Assembly: GCA_963758495.1 (NCBI GenBank)
Contig: CAVWVI010000004.1
Location: 320,001-384,000 of the forward strand
Length of the DNA stretch: 64,000 nt
From: Oligoflexia bacterium
Lineage (GTDB): Bacteria; Bdellovibrionota; UBA1018
Direction of reading: 5' to 3'
Positions 10,413 through 21,655 of this stretch are shown piece by piece. Under the pieces are notes generated by a model. The model was given only the letters and a program-made list of their open reading frames with translations, searched no databases and had not been told where the DNA came from. The position numbers and the translations under genes were made by a program. The stretch's first letter is position 1, and every line of letters begins with the position of its first letter.

Positions 10413-12137
10413 CTAATTCCCGAGGCTTCTTTTCGATCGCAATAATCGATGGTAGTTAATTGCAAATCGATGAGCTTCATCTCTCACATGCGTGAGAAGT
10501 TTATATGCATCCGTATGAGGTTGAAGTGGCACTGGATTTTTTCTATTTGGAATAAATATTCTTTCGAAAGACGATTTCACTTCCTTCGCTTTGAAATCAC
10601 TTTCGACTCGGGCTTTTGCGAGTCCGACAACGCCCACCCCCTGAATGGATAATTCATCTAAAATCGCTACCGCCTGCGAGAGTTGTCCTTTTCCCCCATC
10701 GACGACTACAAGATCAGGCAAATCCTCTTGAGAATTGGCAAACCTACGACCCAAAACCTCTTTCATCATGGCAAAGTCGTTAGCGCCCTCTACAGAGCGA
10801 ATCTTATACCTTCGATAAAGGTTTTTATCAGGAGCACCCTCCACAAAAACGACACGGGAAGCCACCGAATCTTGCCCTTGAATATTTGAAATATCATAGC
10901 ATTCAATTCTATTGGGAATTTTTGGTAAGTGGAGTTTCTTCTGAACGTCCTCCAATGCTTGAAATCCATGACCAGCCGATCGCTTAAACCCTTGCTCCAG
11001 AGCATATTCTGCGTTGGCATGAGCCACATTCAGTAATTGCTCATCCACTCCTGATTCGGCGACTCTCACTCCAACTCCGATCGTATTTTCTAGCAAATCC
11101 GAATCCATTGGCGCTTCGGATAATAATACTTCATGAGGCAGCCCTTCATTGGGGAGCACCCTTTCTGCACTTGCTTTAAGCTCCAAATAGTATTGGGATA
11201 GAAAATCAAAAAGTATCTCCGAAAGAGCAAGTGAGGAATCCGTATTTTGAAGATGAAAATGCTGAACAGAAGTCAGCTTCCCATTTCGAATTCTCAATAA
11301 AGTCGCGTGAGCTTGCATTTCACGACGAGCAATACCCACTACGTCGCGATTGCGCTGAGAACCCGCTTCAATCACCCCTTGAGTCTGTGTGACTAGCTCT
11401 AAATTTCGAATCTGATCCCGATAAAGCGCAGCTGTCTCAAACTCTTCAGAATCAGCCGCATCTCGCATTCCCTTCTGTAAGCTATGAATTAACTGATCTG
11501 ATTTACCTTCAAGGACACGAATCACTTCTTCGATCGATTCACGGTAGTGTTTTGCATCTATATGCCCAACACAACCCCCACTGCACTTACCCATCTGATA
11601 AAGAATACAGGGGCGACTTCGGTGGGCGAAGGTATTATCGGAGCAATCTCGAAGTCGAAACGTCTCAATTAAAAGTCTCATCACCTGTCGAGCCGACCAA
11701 GCAGATGGAAACGGCCCAAAATACCGAGCGCCATCTTGAAGAACCCTACGTGTCCATTCTAACCGAGGAAAGGGATCGTTCATTTGAATTTTAATATAAG
11801 GATAGGCCTTATCGTCTTTCAGCCTTACATTAAATTTAGGTTTATATTTTTTAATGAGGGTCGCTTCTAAAATCAGAGCTTCAGCCTCTGTCTCAGTCAG
11901 GATGACTTCAAAGTGGTCGATCCTATTGACCAGCATTTCAATTCGGGGAACCTCATGAGTGGCCGACTGAAAATAAGTGAGTAACCGACTCTTTAAGTTC
12001 TTCGCTTTGCCCACATAAAGAATCGCTCCACTCTGATCTTTCATCAAATAGACCCCTGAAGAGATGTTTGTGTCGCGTGCTTGCTCTAATAAATGGGCTC
12101 TAAGGTCGGTAAGTAGTTTCGGAGCTTGATTTTCCAT
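10413..12137 (-). CDS. uvrC: Excinuclease ABC subunit C (lacks C-terminal HhH)
   Basis: GIY-YIG GVYLM..LYVGKAKNL, a UVR domain, and RNase H-like IECYDISN, DGGKGQ and RDEAHRFAI. Confidence 0.96.
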   Translation of the reverse strand: MENQAPKLLTDLRAHLLEQARDTNISSGVYLMKDQSGAILYVGKAKNLKSRLLTYFQSATHEVPRIEMLVNRIDHFEVILTETEAEALILEATLIKKYKPKFNVRLKDDKAYPYIKIQMNDPFPRLEWTRRVLQDGARYFGPFPSAWSARQVMRLLIETFRLRDCSDNTFAHRSRPCILYQMGKCSGGCVGHIDAKHYRESIEEVIRVLEGKSDQLIHSLQKGMRDAADSEEFETAALYRDQIRNLELVTQTQGVIEAGSQRNRDVVGIARREMQAHATLLRIRNGKLTSVQHFHLQNTDSSLALSEILFDFLSQYYLELKASAERVLPNEGLPHEVLLSEAPMDSDLLENTIGVGVRVAESGVDEQLLNVAHANAEYALEQGFKRSAGHGFQALEDVQKKLHLPKIPNRIECYDISNIQGQDSVASRVVFVEGAPDKNLYRRYKIRSVEGANDFAMMKEVLGRRFANSQEDLPDLVVVDGGKGQLSQAVAILDELSIQGVGVVGLAKARVESDFKAKEVKSSFERIFIPNRKNPVPLQPHTDAYKLLTHVRDEAHRFAINYHRLLRSKRSLGN

Positions 12138-12187
12138 CGAAGTACACTATAACCACAAAAGGGATCATATTTTTAAGGAGAATTTTC

Positions 12188-12631
12188 ATGGCTCGTACCA
12201 CGTCCGTTGCCAACGAAACCTTGGCTTATTGCACCAGTTGCAAAATGGATTTAAATCACATTATCGTCGCAATGAAAGGTGATCGAATTGCTAAGGTTCA
12301 ATGCCTGACTTGCAAGAAAGAACATGTTTATCGAACTCCCAAAGGTGCGACCGAACCTCAAGCTAAAACCCCAAAAGTACGAAAAGCCACTGCGGAAGCG
12401 GAGGACTCTCACCATTCAATCGAAGCGGAATGGGAAAAGCTGATGAATTCTCATCGCGAGATGCCAGTCAAACCCTACAGCACTAAAGGGCAATTTGGCT
12501 TAGGGGATAAACTCAGTCACCCCACCTTTGGTGAAGGCATTGTAGGCAAGCTGATTTATCCGAACAAATTGGAAGTCATTTTTCGTACTGACGTTAAAAT
12601 TTTGATTTATATGGGGACTCAAACTCAGTAG
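12188..12631 (+). CDS. Conserved hypothetical protein with an N-terminal zinc ribbon
   Basis: CTSC..H..CLTC..H; C-terminal HPTFGEG motif (Tudor/SH3-like); SD AAGGAG. Confidence 0.75.
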   Translation: MARTTSVANETLAYCTSCKMDLNHIIVAMKGDRIAKVQCLTCKKEHVYRTPKGATEPQAKTPKVRKATAEAEDSHHSIEAEWEKLMNSHREMPVKPYSTKGQFGLGDKLSHPTFGEGIVGKLIYPNKLEVIFRTDVKILIYMGTQTQ

Positions 12632-12642
12632 ACTCAAGTAGT

Positions 12643-13278
12643 ATGAAAATGTCGAGGGTGGTCTGGCTCATCATCGGGGGGTTGGCTTGGGTTCTCGCAT
12701 CCTGCTCCAGTGCGAAAAAGAAGACAACACCTGAGCTTTCTGATTTTTTAGGAAAAAAAGTAGCGCTAGTTTCCATTGAAGGCGAACCCAGTGCCAAGAA
12801 AATCGCTGAAGTTGCACTCATCAACCAACTTGTTCGACGGGGAACTTTTATCCTCATCTCTAAACAAGATGTTCAAAAAGCTGCGTCTGCTCCCGATCAA
12901 AATCCCATGGATTTGCAAGCAATTGCAAAACGTGCGGGAGCGGAATTTGCTTTAGAAATGAAAGTGCTCCAGTTTGACGCACCCATTTCTGAAGGCTATT
13001 CAACGGAAGAAGAAGTAGACTCCCAACTGGGTGAAGAACAAGGCACCGACGGGAAAACAGAACGTGTTTTTAAAGTAAAATCGATGGATGGACATGTACG
13101 AATCCAACTTCGTTTCACTCACCTCACAGACAACGAAGTCCGTACTGGGATTGCGGAGTCAGAAAAAAGAGTCGAAGAAAGCGCAAATCATTCATCGATT
13201 CACCTCCCGCCTCAGCTTCGCTTTCTTGAAAGTCTTTCAAATCAGGCATTTCAAGATTTTTTTGAGCAGTATAAATAA
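12643..13278 (+). CDS. Putative lipoprotein
   Basis: Lipobox LASC after a hydrophobic signal. Confidence 0.7.
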   Translation: MKMSRVVWLIIGGLAWVLASCSSAKKKTTPELSDFLGKKVALVSIEGEPSAKKIAEVALINQLVRRGTFILISKQDVQKAASAPDQNPMDLQAIAKRAGAEFALEMKVLQFDAPISEGYSTEEEVDSQLGEEQGTDGKTERVFKVKSMDGHVRIQLRFTHLTDNEVRTGIAESEKRVEESANHSSIHLPPQLRFLESLSNQAFQDFFEQYK

Positions 13279-13286
13279 GGTAAATC

Positions 13287-13304
13287 CTAAAGGAAGTACT
13301 TACA
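13287..13304 (+). repeat. Dispersed intergenic repeat copy (CTAAAGGAAGTACTTACA)
   Basis: Identical 18-mer at 58828-58845; variants at 38140, 23134, 15488 and about 55445-55472 (minus strand). Confidence 0.65.
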
Positions 13305-13310
13305 AGGAAC

Positions 13311-15368
13311 TTACGAAAGACTCAATTTTTCTAAAATCAACTTCTCAGCCTGTGACTCTTCCAAGGGAAGACTACAGGTCTTTTCATGACAGACTAAAAC
13401 AGTGCCCTTCTCTAAATGCTCATGAGCTAGATCTGAAATAGGCTTTTTAAAAATATGCGGGTGCCAACAAAGACTTAAATCTTCTGATCCTGACACTGTG
13501 ATTGGACCTAAAACATTGAGCAGACTCAAATTAAGAAATTCGCCCATTCCAACCGGACTTTTTTCAGCAATCCCAAAGAGCCCCTGAATCTGATTTTCTA
13601 CTTCTCTACTCCATCGGGCTCCTTGACCATTTAAGTCAACTTCACTCAATGCAGCCATACACATCCAAGCCACTGCATTACCAGATGGAATGGCTTGATC
13701 AAAAACAGTTTTTGGCCGCTGAATCAGCTTTTCATGATCATCACTTGTGAAAAAATAACCAGGACCACTCGTATCTTTAAAGTGATTTAAAATAACATCC
13801 ATCCATTTTTCAGAAAGATTTAAATACTCCACTACTTCTAAAGAACTCTTTGAACATCGAGCAAGATCAAGCGCAGCCATCGCCATGAATGCATAATCAT
13901 CCAGATAACCATTCAACTTTGCTTGACCCCCTTGATAAGTGCTGAAAAGGCGATCTTGAGACCGTGTTAAATTCTGTCTTAAAAATTGAAAACATCTTAA
14001 AGCCGATTTATGTACTTTTTCTGCACTCTCAAGTTGACCTTTAAATCGAAGCGCTTTCGAGGTCCATGCCAAGCCACTCACCATCAGTGCATTCCAACTG
14101 GTTAATATTTTATTATCTAAACCAGGGGGTATTCGAAGCGTGCGCGCCTTGAATAACTTTTTACAAGCCTGATCCAAAAGCAAAGACACTTCACTTTCCA
14201 AGAATCCGCTCCGTCGAGCCACTTCTGAGATACTCAGAGCCAGATACAACACAGTCTTCCCATGCTCAAAATTTCCAGTCTCTGTGACACCATAGCGCAG
14301 AGCAAATACTTGAGCTTCCTTTGGCGTAAGTAGTTGCGACAAATCTTTAAGATCCCAAACAAAGAATTTACCTTCCTCTCCTTCTGAATCTGCATCCTGA
14401 GTACTGTAGAATGCTCCTTCAGAAGTGGTCATTTCGCGAAAAAGATAAGTGGTGGTTTCATTCAGAACACGCAAATAGTGCTCTTGCTCTTCCTCAGATA
14501 TTAAATTTCCAGGCACCAAAAGCACTTCAGAATAAAGCCTAAGCAATAGAGCATTATCATAAAGCATTTTTTCAAAATGCGGGACACTCCAAGATGCGTC
14601 TACGGAGTATCTATGAAAACCACCGCCTAATTGATCATAAATTCCACCAGAAGCCATCCGCGTCAATGCAAGCAGCGCGGCCTGTCGTGCTTTTTCGTGA
14701 TGAGCGAATACACCATACCGCCAAAGAAAAGTAAGGCTCATAGGATTAGGAAATTTTGGAGCTCCACCCAAGCCTCCTTGCTCCCAATCCACTCGGCTCA
14801 AGAAGGAGTCTGCAATGCCTTGAAAATCTTGAAACTGGGGTATTTTACTTTCACGTTGAACAGCAGCTTCAGAGGAGATAATAAATTCAGTCAGCTTCTG
14901 GGCATTTTCTGAAACACTTGCAAAATCCGATCGAAACGCATGAGAAAGTGAAAGAAGCACTCGAGGAAATCCGGGTCTTCCATACCGATCTTGTGGAGGA
15001 AAATAAGTCCCCCCGTAAAATGGCTTTAAATCTGGCGTCAAAAAGACCGTAAGAGGCCAACCGCCTCCTTGAGTCAAAGCTTGCGCCACATTCTGATAAA
15101 TATGGTCTAAATCAGGTCTTTCTTCACGATCTACTTTTATATTTATAAAATTTTCATTCATCAACCGAGCCGTTTCTTGATTTTCAAAGCTTTCATGTTC
15201 CATGACATGACACCAATGGCAGGCCGAGTAACCGATACTTAAAAGAATGGGTTTATTTTCTGTTTGAGCTCTCTCCAGTGCCTCTTTACCCCACGCATAC
15301 CAATCTACTGGATTATTTTGATGCTGTAATAAATAAGGACTACTTTCTTTTGAAAGTCGATTTGCCAT
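13311..15368 (-). CDS. Thioredoxin-domain protein, YyaL/SSP411 (DUF255) family
   Basis: Motifs [35 protein letters not shown] and [10 protein letters not shown]. Confidence 0.93.
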   Translation of the reverse strand: MANRLSKESSPYLLQHQNNPVDWYAWGKEALERAQTENKPILLSIGYSACHWCHVMEHESFENQETARLMNENFINIKVDREERPDLDHIYQNVAQALTQGGGWPLTVFLTPDLKPFYGGTYFPPQDRYGRPGFPRVLLSLSHAFRSDFASVSENAQKLTEFIISSEAAVQRESKIPQFQDFQGIADSFLSRVDWEQGGLGGAPKFPNPMSLTFLWRYGVFAHHEKARQAALLALTRMASGGIYDQLGGGFHRYSVDASWSVPHFEKMLYDNALLLRLYSEVLLVPGNLISEEEQEHYLRVLNETTTYLFREMTTSEGAFYSTQDADSEGEEGKFFVWDLKDLSQLLTPKEAQVFALRYGVTETGNFEHGKTVLYLALSISEVARRSGFLESEVSLLLDQACKKLFKARTLRIPPGLDNKILTSWNALMVSGLAWTSKALRFKGQLESAEKVHKSALRCFQFLRQNLTRSQDRLFSTYQGGQAKLNGYLDDYAFMAMAALDLARCSKSSLEVVEYLNLSEKWMDVILNHFKDTSGPGYFFTSDDHEKLIQRPKTVFDQAIPSGNAVAWMCMAALSEVDLNGQGARWSREVENQIQGLFGIAEKSPVGMGEFLNLSLLNVLGPITVSGSEDLSLCWHPHIFKKPISDLAHEHLEKGTVLVCHEKTCSLPLEESQAEKLILEKLSLS

Positions 15369-15407
15369 AATAAAAGCTTATAGCTCTAAACCTAGGCAGT
15401 GAATAGT

Positions 15408-15479
15408 AAGAACTGTAAGGCGTCCTGTTGCGCCGAAAATCCAAATCTTTACGGCGCAACAGGACGCCTTACAGTTCTT
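15408..15479. repeat. Perfect 28-bp inverted repeat (hairpin, MITE/REP-like)
   Basis: aagaactgtaaggcgtcctgttgcgccg, a 16-nt loop, then cggcgcaacaggacgccttacagttctt. Confidence 0.9.
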
Positions 15480-15502
15480 GTCAACAGAAGGTACTGCTTA
15501 CA

Positions 15503-16177
15503 TTAAGTTCGTGTTGCAGGCTGAAGGTTTTCTTCAGAAAACTGACTCGCCTCTAATTTTTTAATCAATGTATTCCTCGCACGATGTAGCAGACACTTCA
15601 CAGAGGATAAGCTCAAATTGAGATGAGTAGCGATTTCCTGATACGGCAAGTGATCAATTAATCTCATAAAAAATACTTTTTTCTGCAAATCAGTCAATAA
15701 ATTCATAACCTCAAAAAGCGCTTCTTGTTCAGCACACTCAATTAATAGATGCTCAGGATCCGGACTGAGAGACGGAATTTCATCAACATTTATAAACATA
15801 TTGAGAGCGTCTCTCTCGTGAGAAGCAATCTGTTTATTCTTTCTGAACCAATCGGAAAGAGTATTCTTAGAGATAGCCCAAAGCCAAGTAGAAAACTTAT
15901 ATCGAGGATCAAAAGAGCCTCTGAATCGATAAGATTTGATAAAAATCTCTTGAGTAACTTCCTCAGCCATATGCCGATCCCGTAACTTACTCGAGACATA
16001 ATTAAAAATAGGCTTTTTAAATCTTTTATACACTTTAGAAAAAGCTTCTTTGTCACCCTCTTTAAATTTAATCAAAAGTTTTTGTTCATGCTTACTCTTA
16101 AAGCAATTAGATGAAATTAGAACATTTTGCCGCTCGTTTTTATTTCTCCATATTTTTATTCTATTTAACATATACAA
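15503..16177 (-). CDS. ECF RNA polymerase sigma factor
   Basis: Region 2 AEEVTQEIFIK..FSTWL; region 4 YQEIA..LSLSSVKCLLHRAR. The start is uncertain. Confidence 0.9.
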   Translation of the reverse strand: MYMLNRIKIWRNKNERQNVLISSNCFKSKHEQKLLIKFKEGDKEAFSKVYKRFKKPIFNYVSSKLRDRHMAEEVTQEIFIKSYRFRGSFDPRYKFSTWLWAISKNTLSDWFRKNKQIASHERDALNMFINVDEIPSLSPDPEHLLIECAEQEALFEVMNLLTDLQKKVFFMRLIDHLPYQEIATHLNLSLSSVKCLLHRARNTLIKKLEASQFSEENLQPATRT

Positions 16178-16253
16178 GTTACTTTATTGACGTAAATACA
16201 TTTTTTCAAATATATTATTTTTTAATTTTATTATTTTTTAGCTGAGTTTGAAC

Positions 16254-16279
16254 GAAACATTTCAGCAAGCAACCACGTA
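16254..16279 (+). promoter_or_regulatory. Possible ECF-sigma promoter (GAAAC-N17-CGTA)
   Basis: Matches the AAC/CGT ECF consensus and lies 42 nt upstream of the divergent protease gene. Confidence 0.4.
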
Positions 16280-16321
16280 CAAGTCTAGTGACAGAATATA
16301 CAACCACCAAGGGAGACGCTC

Positions 16322-17047
16322 GTGTTAATGACCTATATTCAAAAACATAAATTGCCACTTTTACTTTCAGCACTTTCCACCCTTACATTTATGGGTTGCA
16401 ATAATAACTTAATGGGACAAAGCCAGGGACAGGCATCATTAGATTCTTTTTCTATACCCCAGAGTTATCAACCCCTAGGGGATACCTGCTCTAGTAAAGA
16501 TCCACAGGATTTTTGTATAGGTTTAAAATATGTGGTCTATAAAGACTCAGATGGAAATCCTCTTATTGATAAACAAAGCTCTATTAAAAATACTAAGAAA
16601 ATGAATCAAATCTGGTCTCAATGCCATATTGCTTTCCAAATTGATGAATATTTACCCGCAGACCCAAATCAATACGGACTTAAGTTCAATACGACTGATG
16701 ATTCAGAGTTAGATCAAATTCGAAAAACATTTAATGATAATTCACATTTTCTTGTAGTGACCACAGGAAGCTGGGATCGCACTGGCTCTCTCGGAAATAC
16801 CGCTGCCAATGCCTGGACAAGTGTCCCCGGTGATAACTCCTATGGTGTCGTACTTGAATCCCCGGTCGGAACTTTTTCGAACATCATTGCTCACGAATTG
16901 GGACACTACATGAATCTATTTCATGTAGACGACACCACTGATCTTATGAATCCCATCATTTATAATGACTCAACACAACTCACCCAAGATCAATGCGACA
17001 CAGCCAGATCTGCAATTAATCAATTTTGGACTGCTATGCTTCGCTAA
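16322..17047 (+). CDS. Lipoprotein zinc metalloprotease (metzincin-like)
   Basis: Lipobox FMGC, zinc motif HELGHYMNLFH and Met-turn DLMNP. Confidence 0.8.
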   Translation: MLMTYIQKHKLPLLLSALSTLTFMGCNNNLMGQSQGQASLDSFSIPQSYQPLGDTCSSKDPQDFCIGLKYVVYKDSDGNPLIDKQSSIKNTKKMNQIWSQCHIAFQIDEYLPADPNQYGLKFNTTDDSELDQIRKTFNDNSHFLVVTTGSWDRTGSLGNTAANAWTSVPGDNSYGVVLESPVGTFSNIIAHELGHYMNLFHVDDTTDLMNPIIYNDSTQLTQDQCDTARSAINQFWTAMLR

Positions 17048-17063
17048 TTTATAAATACTGAAC

Positions 17064-19220
17064 TCAAAAACCCAAACTGAGAATTTTCAAACGCTTAATC
17101 CGATCTCTCAACTCTGCAGCACGCTCAAACTGCATGTCTTTGGCTGCATCCCGCATATCATCACTCATTTTAGTAATCATTTTTGGTAATTCTTCAATGG
17201 ATGTAAAATACTCACGAGCGGTCTCACGAATTTCTTCTATTCTTGAAATAGAATCTAAGAGATCTAAATTTGACATTGCTAAATGATCGGGTTCTGCAGC
17301 ACTATAGATACTTCTACCATGCCCAGATCCTGCGCCTGTACGAAGCACCTGCTTTGCTAATTGTGCCTTATTACCTATTCTATTTCCTTTTCCGCCCTCA
17401 TCAGCCTCACTTAATACAAGAGGAGCAGGAATCGCTTTTTGAATAGTTTTAGGAATAATTCCATTTTCCTGATTGTAGTTAAATTGAATGGTACGTCGAC
17501 GATCCGTTTCGTCCATTGCCTTTTTCATGCTATCAGTAATTCTATCTGCATAGAGAATCACTCGGCCGTCTACATTTCTAGCTGCCCTTCCTATAGTCTG
17601 AATGAGAGATCGGAAACTTCTTAAAAACCCTTCTTTATCCGCATCCATAATTCCAACTAATGAGACTTCTGGCAAATCTAATCCTTCTCGGAGAAGATTA
17701 ATTCCAATTAAAACATCAAAAACTCCTAACCTTAAATCCCGTAATATTTCTACTCGCTCCAAAGTATCAATATCCGAATGTAGGTATTTGACACGGACAC
17801 CTTGCTCTCGATAAAATCGGGCTAAATCTTCTGACAGCTTTTTAGTCAAAGTAGTAATTAAAACGCGCTCATTGCGCTCAGCACGAATCCGAATCTCCTT
17901 CAAAAGATCATCTACTTGACTGGACGCCTTACGGACTTCTACGATTGGATCTAAAAGACCTGTGGGCCTTATCACCTGCTCAACCACCTCACCATTAGAT
18001 TTTCCTAACTCATAATCACCAGGAGTTGCTGACACATAGATCGCTTGATTTAAACTTTTTTCCCACTCTTCAAAATGAAGAGGTCGATTGTCTAAGGCGG
18101 ATGGTAATCTAAATCCATGCTCTACTAAATTCATTTTTCGAGCACGGTCTCCTCGATACATCCCCCCAATTTGAGGAACACTCACATGACTTTCATCTAC
18201 TACCAATAACCAATCTTTCGGAAAGTATTCTATGAGAGTAGGAGGCGCAGCTCCTGAACTCCGACCCGTTAAATGCCGGGAATAATTTTCAACTCCTTGG
18301 CAGTATCCAAGCTCTTCCATCATTTCAAGATCAAACAAGGTACGCTGAGAAAGTCGCTGAGACTCCGCTAGCTTACTCAAAGAATTTAATTCTTGAAGCC
18401 TCTCTCGTAACTCGACTCGAATCGATTCAATCGCCTTCTTTCTATTATCAACAGTGGTCACGTAATGACTTGCAGGGTAAATCGTGACTCGAGGAAGTTT
18501 TTGAACTCTTTGACCCCGCAGAGGATCGATCTCTGAAATGGCTTCAATTTCATCTCCAAAGAACTCAATTCGAATCGCTCGCTCTTCTTCGTACGCGGGA
18601 AAAACCTCGACAACATCCCCCCGAACTCGAAAGGTTCCCCGATGAAAATCCACGTCGTTACGTTTATATTGAATCTCTACTAATTTCTTCAAAACTTCCT
18701 GACGTTTTACTTTTGTCCCCACTTCTAAGTAGACGAGCATTCCCTCATAGGCTTCAGGAGATCCCAAACCGTAAATACAAGAAATAGAAGAGACAATAAT
18801 GACATCATTTCTTTCCAAAAGAGCACGAGTCGCGGAATGGCGAAGCTTGTCTATTTCGTCATTTATTTGAGCATCCTTTTCAATATAGGTGTCTGTTTGA
18901 GGAATATACGCTTCGGGCTGATAATAATCATAATAACTTACAAAGTATTCAACAGAATTATTCGGAAAAAAAGACCTAAACTCAGAAAAAAGCTGAGCTG
19001 CCAAGGTCTTATTCGGGCTTAATACTAAAGTAGGCTTATTCACCTGGGCAATTACGTTAGCAATGGAGAAAGTCTTCCCCGAACCCGTAACACCCAGTAA
19101 AACCTGGGAAGACTTTCCATTCTCTATACCCCGAACTAACTCTTGAATTGCTACAGGTTGATCACCAGTCGGCTTAAAGGGGGTAATCAGTTCAAACTTA
19201 CGTTGCGAAAATAGTGTCAT
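17064..19220 (-). CDS. uvrB: Excinuclease ABC subunit B
   Basis: Motifs [24 protein letters not shown] and [15 protein letters not shown]-terminal UVR motif FERAAELRD. Confidence 0.98.
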   Translation of the reverse strand: MTLFSQRKFELITPFKPTGDQPVAIQELVRGIENGKSSQVLLGVTGSGKTFSIANVIAQVNKPTLVLSPNKTLAAQLFSEFRSFFPNNSVEYFVSYYDYYQPEAYIPQTDTYIEKDAQINDEIDKLRHSATRALLERNDVIIVSSISCIYGLGSPEAYEGMLVYLEVGTKVKRQEVLKKLVEIQYKRNDVDFHRGTFRVRGDVVEVFPAYEEERAIRIEFFGDEIEAISEIDPLRGQRVQKLPRVTIYPASHYVTTVDNRKKAIESIRVELRERLQELNSLSKLAESQRLSQRTLFDLEMMEELGYCQGVENYSRHLTGRSSGAAPPTLIEYFPKDWLLVVDESHVSVPQIGGMYRGDRARKMNLVEHGFRLPSALDNRPLHFEEWEKSLNQAIYVSATPGDYELGKSNGEVVEQVIRPTGLLDPIVEVRKASSQVDDLLKEIRIRAERNERVLITTLTKKLSEDLARFYREQGVRVKYLHSDIDTLERVEILRDLRLGVFDVLIGINLLREGLDLPEVSLVGIMDADKEGFLRSFRSLIQTIGRAARNVDGRVILYADRITDSMKKAMDETDRRRTIQFNYNQENGIIPKTIQKAIPAPLVLSEADEGGKGNRIGNKAQLAKQVLRTGAGSGHGRSIYSAAEPDHLAMSNLDLLDSISRIEEIRETAREYFTSIEELPKMITKMSDDMRDAAKDMQFERAAELRDRIKRLKILSLGF

Positions 19221-19313
19221 AATTTTTTATTTAACCCGAATCTTCCTTTTGTCGGACGTCTTATCAAGTTACACTATTAAAGAGTAACCTCATTACCCAA
19301 TAAGGATTGAACT

Positions 19314-20084
19314 ATGCCTACCGCAACACTTCAATTAAACCACCCCATTGTTTTGGTGCATGGCCTAGGGGCCCGCAGTAATTATGGTCCTATTGAATAT
19401 TTCTATGGCTTACCCAAAGTTTTAAGGGATGCAAAAAATCGGGTTTTCATACCCAATCTCACCCCCTGGCATACGATCGAACATAGAGCTCAACAGCTAA
19501 AAATGCAAATTGAGAAAGCAATACCGGACGGCAAAATAAATTTAGTCGGTCATAGCATGGGGGGATTAGATGCTCGATTTCTCATCTCGCAACTGGGCTT
19601 CTCAGAGCGAGTAGCGAGTATTACTACTATCGGCACTCCAAATCAAGGGACGAGTGTGGGCGATTTAGCCCTAGGATTATTTCCGAATTTGACATTTAAA
19701 ACTGCAGATCGTTTTTTAAAATTATTAGACTATAATAGCGGTGCATTTAAGCAAATCACTCGGAAATACTGCACAACAGAATTTGCCAATTTAGCTCCCA
19801 ATATTCCTTCGGTTAAATACTATAGTGCGACTACATCTATTGCAAATCCCATTATTAAAAGTGCTCTCCCCATTTTTTGGATCCCTCATCATTTCCTCTC
19901 AAAACTTGAGGGAGACAATGATGGTTTCGTATCTGTAGAATCTGCTACTTTGGGCGATCACATTTGCACCTATATCGGAGATCATTACTCCCAGATTGGA
20001 CAGTTTCTGGGGAGAGCTCGAGGCATGAATTATATAAAATTTTACCATGAAATATTCAGAAGATTAAAGCAAGATGGTATGTAA
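19314..20084 (+). CDS. Triacylglycerol lipase / alpha-beta hydrolase
   Basis: Motifs PIVLVHGL, NLVGHSMGGLDAR, TTIGTPNQG, NDGFV and DH. Confidence 0.9.
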   Translation: MPTATLQLNHPIVLVHGLGARSNYGPIEYFYGLPKVLRDAKNRVFIPNLTPWHTIEHRAQQLKMQIEKAIPDGKINLVGHSMGGLDARFLISQLGFSERVASITTIGTPNQGTSVGDLALGLFPNLTFKTADRFLKLLDYNSGAFKQITRKYCTTEFANLAPNIPSVKYYSATTSIANPIIKSALPIFWIPHHFLSKLEGDNDGFVSVESATLGDHICTYIGDHYSQIGQFLGRARGMNYIKFYHEIFRRLKQDGM

Positions 20085-20087
20085 ATC

Positions 20088-20276
20088 ATGAACGACAAAA
20101 AACTTACTACAGATCGACTCCATGATTTAAAATCAGTCTATACAGATTTTAGAATTGTCGTGAGCTTACTCAAATCAGGCTATAAATTTGACGACAATGA
20201 AGCGCCCGCCCTCTTTGAACAAATAGAGAAGGCGTTAGAAATACTCAAAGCTGAGATCAACTTTTTAAAAGACTGA
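20088..20276 (+). CDS. Small hypothetical protein (HisKA-like helical hairpin)
   Basis: 62 aa starting 3 nt after the lipase; LHDLKS motif. Confidence 0.5.
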   Translation: MNDKKLTTDRLHDLKSVYTDFRIVVSLLKSGYKFDDNEAPALFEQIEKALEILKAEINFLKD

Positions 20277-20288
20277 GAACTAAAGTAA

Positions 20289-21002
20289 TCAAGCTCTATT
20301 TATAAATAACTTAATCCGACTATTCACTTGATTCCCAAAAAACTGCTCTGTGGTCTGATCTTCAATGATCTTTCCACGATCCAAAAATAGGACACGACTT
20401 GCGACTTCTCGCACAAATCCCATTTCGTGGGTCACGATCAACATGGTAATTCCAGTTGTTGCAAGATTCTTCATGACTTTAAGAACTTCCTGAACCATTT
20501 CTGGATCCAAAGCAGACGTGGGCTCATCAAAAAGAACGATTTCAGGATCCATCATAAGAGTTCTCGCAATAGCAACTCTTTGTTTTTCCCCGCCAGAAAG
20601 GGTATGAGGGTAAACATTCAACTTATTTTCAAGACCGACCTGCGCTAGTAACTTTTTGGCCTTTTCATTTGCAACGTCTCGTAAAATCTTTTTCACCTGA
20701 ATCGGCGCATAAATCAAATTTTGCAATACAGTCATATGTGAAAAAAGATGAAAATTTTGAAAAACCATCCCCACCTGTTCACGAATACTTTGAATATTTG
20801 TATCATTAGAGAGAACTCCATGAATCAAAATTTTTCCTAAACAAGGACGCTCTAGATCATTAATACATCTGAGTAATGTTGACTTCCCACTCCCTGAAGA
20901 GCCAAGAATTGCAACAATTTCTCCGCTGTCAATTTGGGCAGTCACACCATCCAAAACAACTTGGTCACCAAACTTTTTCTTCAGATCTTTAATCGTAATC
21001 AT
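20289..21002 (-). CDS. Polar amino acid ABC transporter, ATP-binding subunit
   Basis: GSSGSGKS, LSGGEKQR and LFDEPTSALDPE. Confidence 0.95.
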   Translation of the reverse strand: MITIKDLKKKFGDQVVLDGVTAQIDSGEIVAILGSSGSGKSTLLRCINDLERPCLGKILIHGVLSNDTNIQSIREQVGMVFQNFHLFSHMTVLQNLIYAPIQVKKILRDVANEKAKKLLAQVGLENKLNVYPHTLSGGEKQRVAIARTLMMDPEIVLFDEPTSALDPEMVQEVLKVMKNLATTGITMLIVTHEMGFVREVASRVLFLDRGKIIEDQTTEQFFGNQVNSRIKLFINRA

Positions 21003-21655
21003 GCGTAACTCAACCGTTTCTCAAGAGCCTTCGCCAATGAACTGAGCGCCAAAACTAAAAAGTAATAACATAAAGCAGCCATCAAGAGCGGTTCAAAATA
21101 AGAATAGGTTTCAGCTGCAACCAACTGAGCCCTTCTCATAATATCCCCTTCTCCCAAGGTTGAAATCAATGCTGTCTCTTTGAGAAGATTAATGACCTCA
21201 TTCACCAATGCAGGAAGAACTTTACGAAGTGCCTGAGGCAAAATAATATCTCTCATCATCGCAAAATAAGGAATACCTAGAGCAATGGCAGCTTCAGACT
21301 GACCTGAATCCACCCCTTGAATACCTGCACGAATAATCTCTGAAACATACGCTCCTGAATTAAGCGAAAATGCAATCACACCTGCCATAAGAGGAGTTAT
21401 TTTATAGGCTGTTAAACTTGGGGTGGCGAAATAAATGATACTCAACTGCACTAACATGGGCGTCCCACGAAATACAGAAGTATAAAAAACTGCTGCATTT
21501 CTACCTACATTCCATTTCCCCACCTTAAGGAGGGCTAATCCTAACCCCAAGACAAATCCACCTATCGCGGAAAAAACTGTATATTTTAGGGTAATAACAA
21601 TGCCGTCCGCTACAGAACAAAGGGTCGATAAACTATGTTGAAAAATGTCCAACAT
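20999..21655 (-). CDS. Polar amino acid ABC transporter, permease
   Basis: FRGTPMLVQL, SGAYVSEIIRAG and EAA loop. The start ATG overlaps the upstream stop. Confidence 0.93.
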   Translation of the reverse strand: MLDIFQHSLSTLCSVADGIVITLKYTVFSAIGGFVLGLGLALLKVGKWNVGRNAAVFYTSVFRGTPMLVQLSIIYFATPSLTAYKITPLMAGVIAFSLNSGAYVSEIIRAGIQGVDSGQSEAAIALGIPYFAMMRDIILPQALRKVLPALVNEVINLLKETALISTLGEGDIMRRAQLVAAETYSYFEPLLMAALCYYFLVLALSSLAKALEKRLSYA

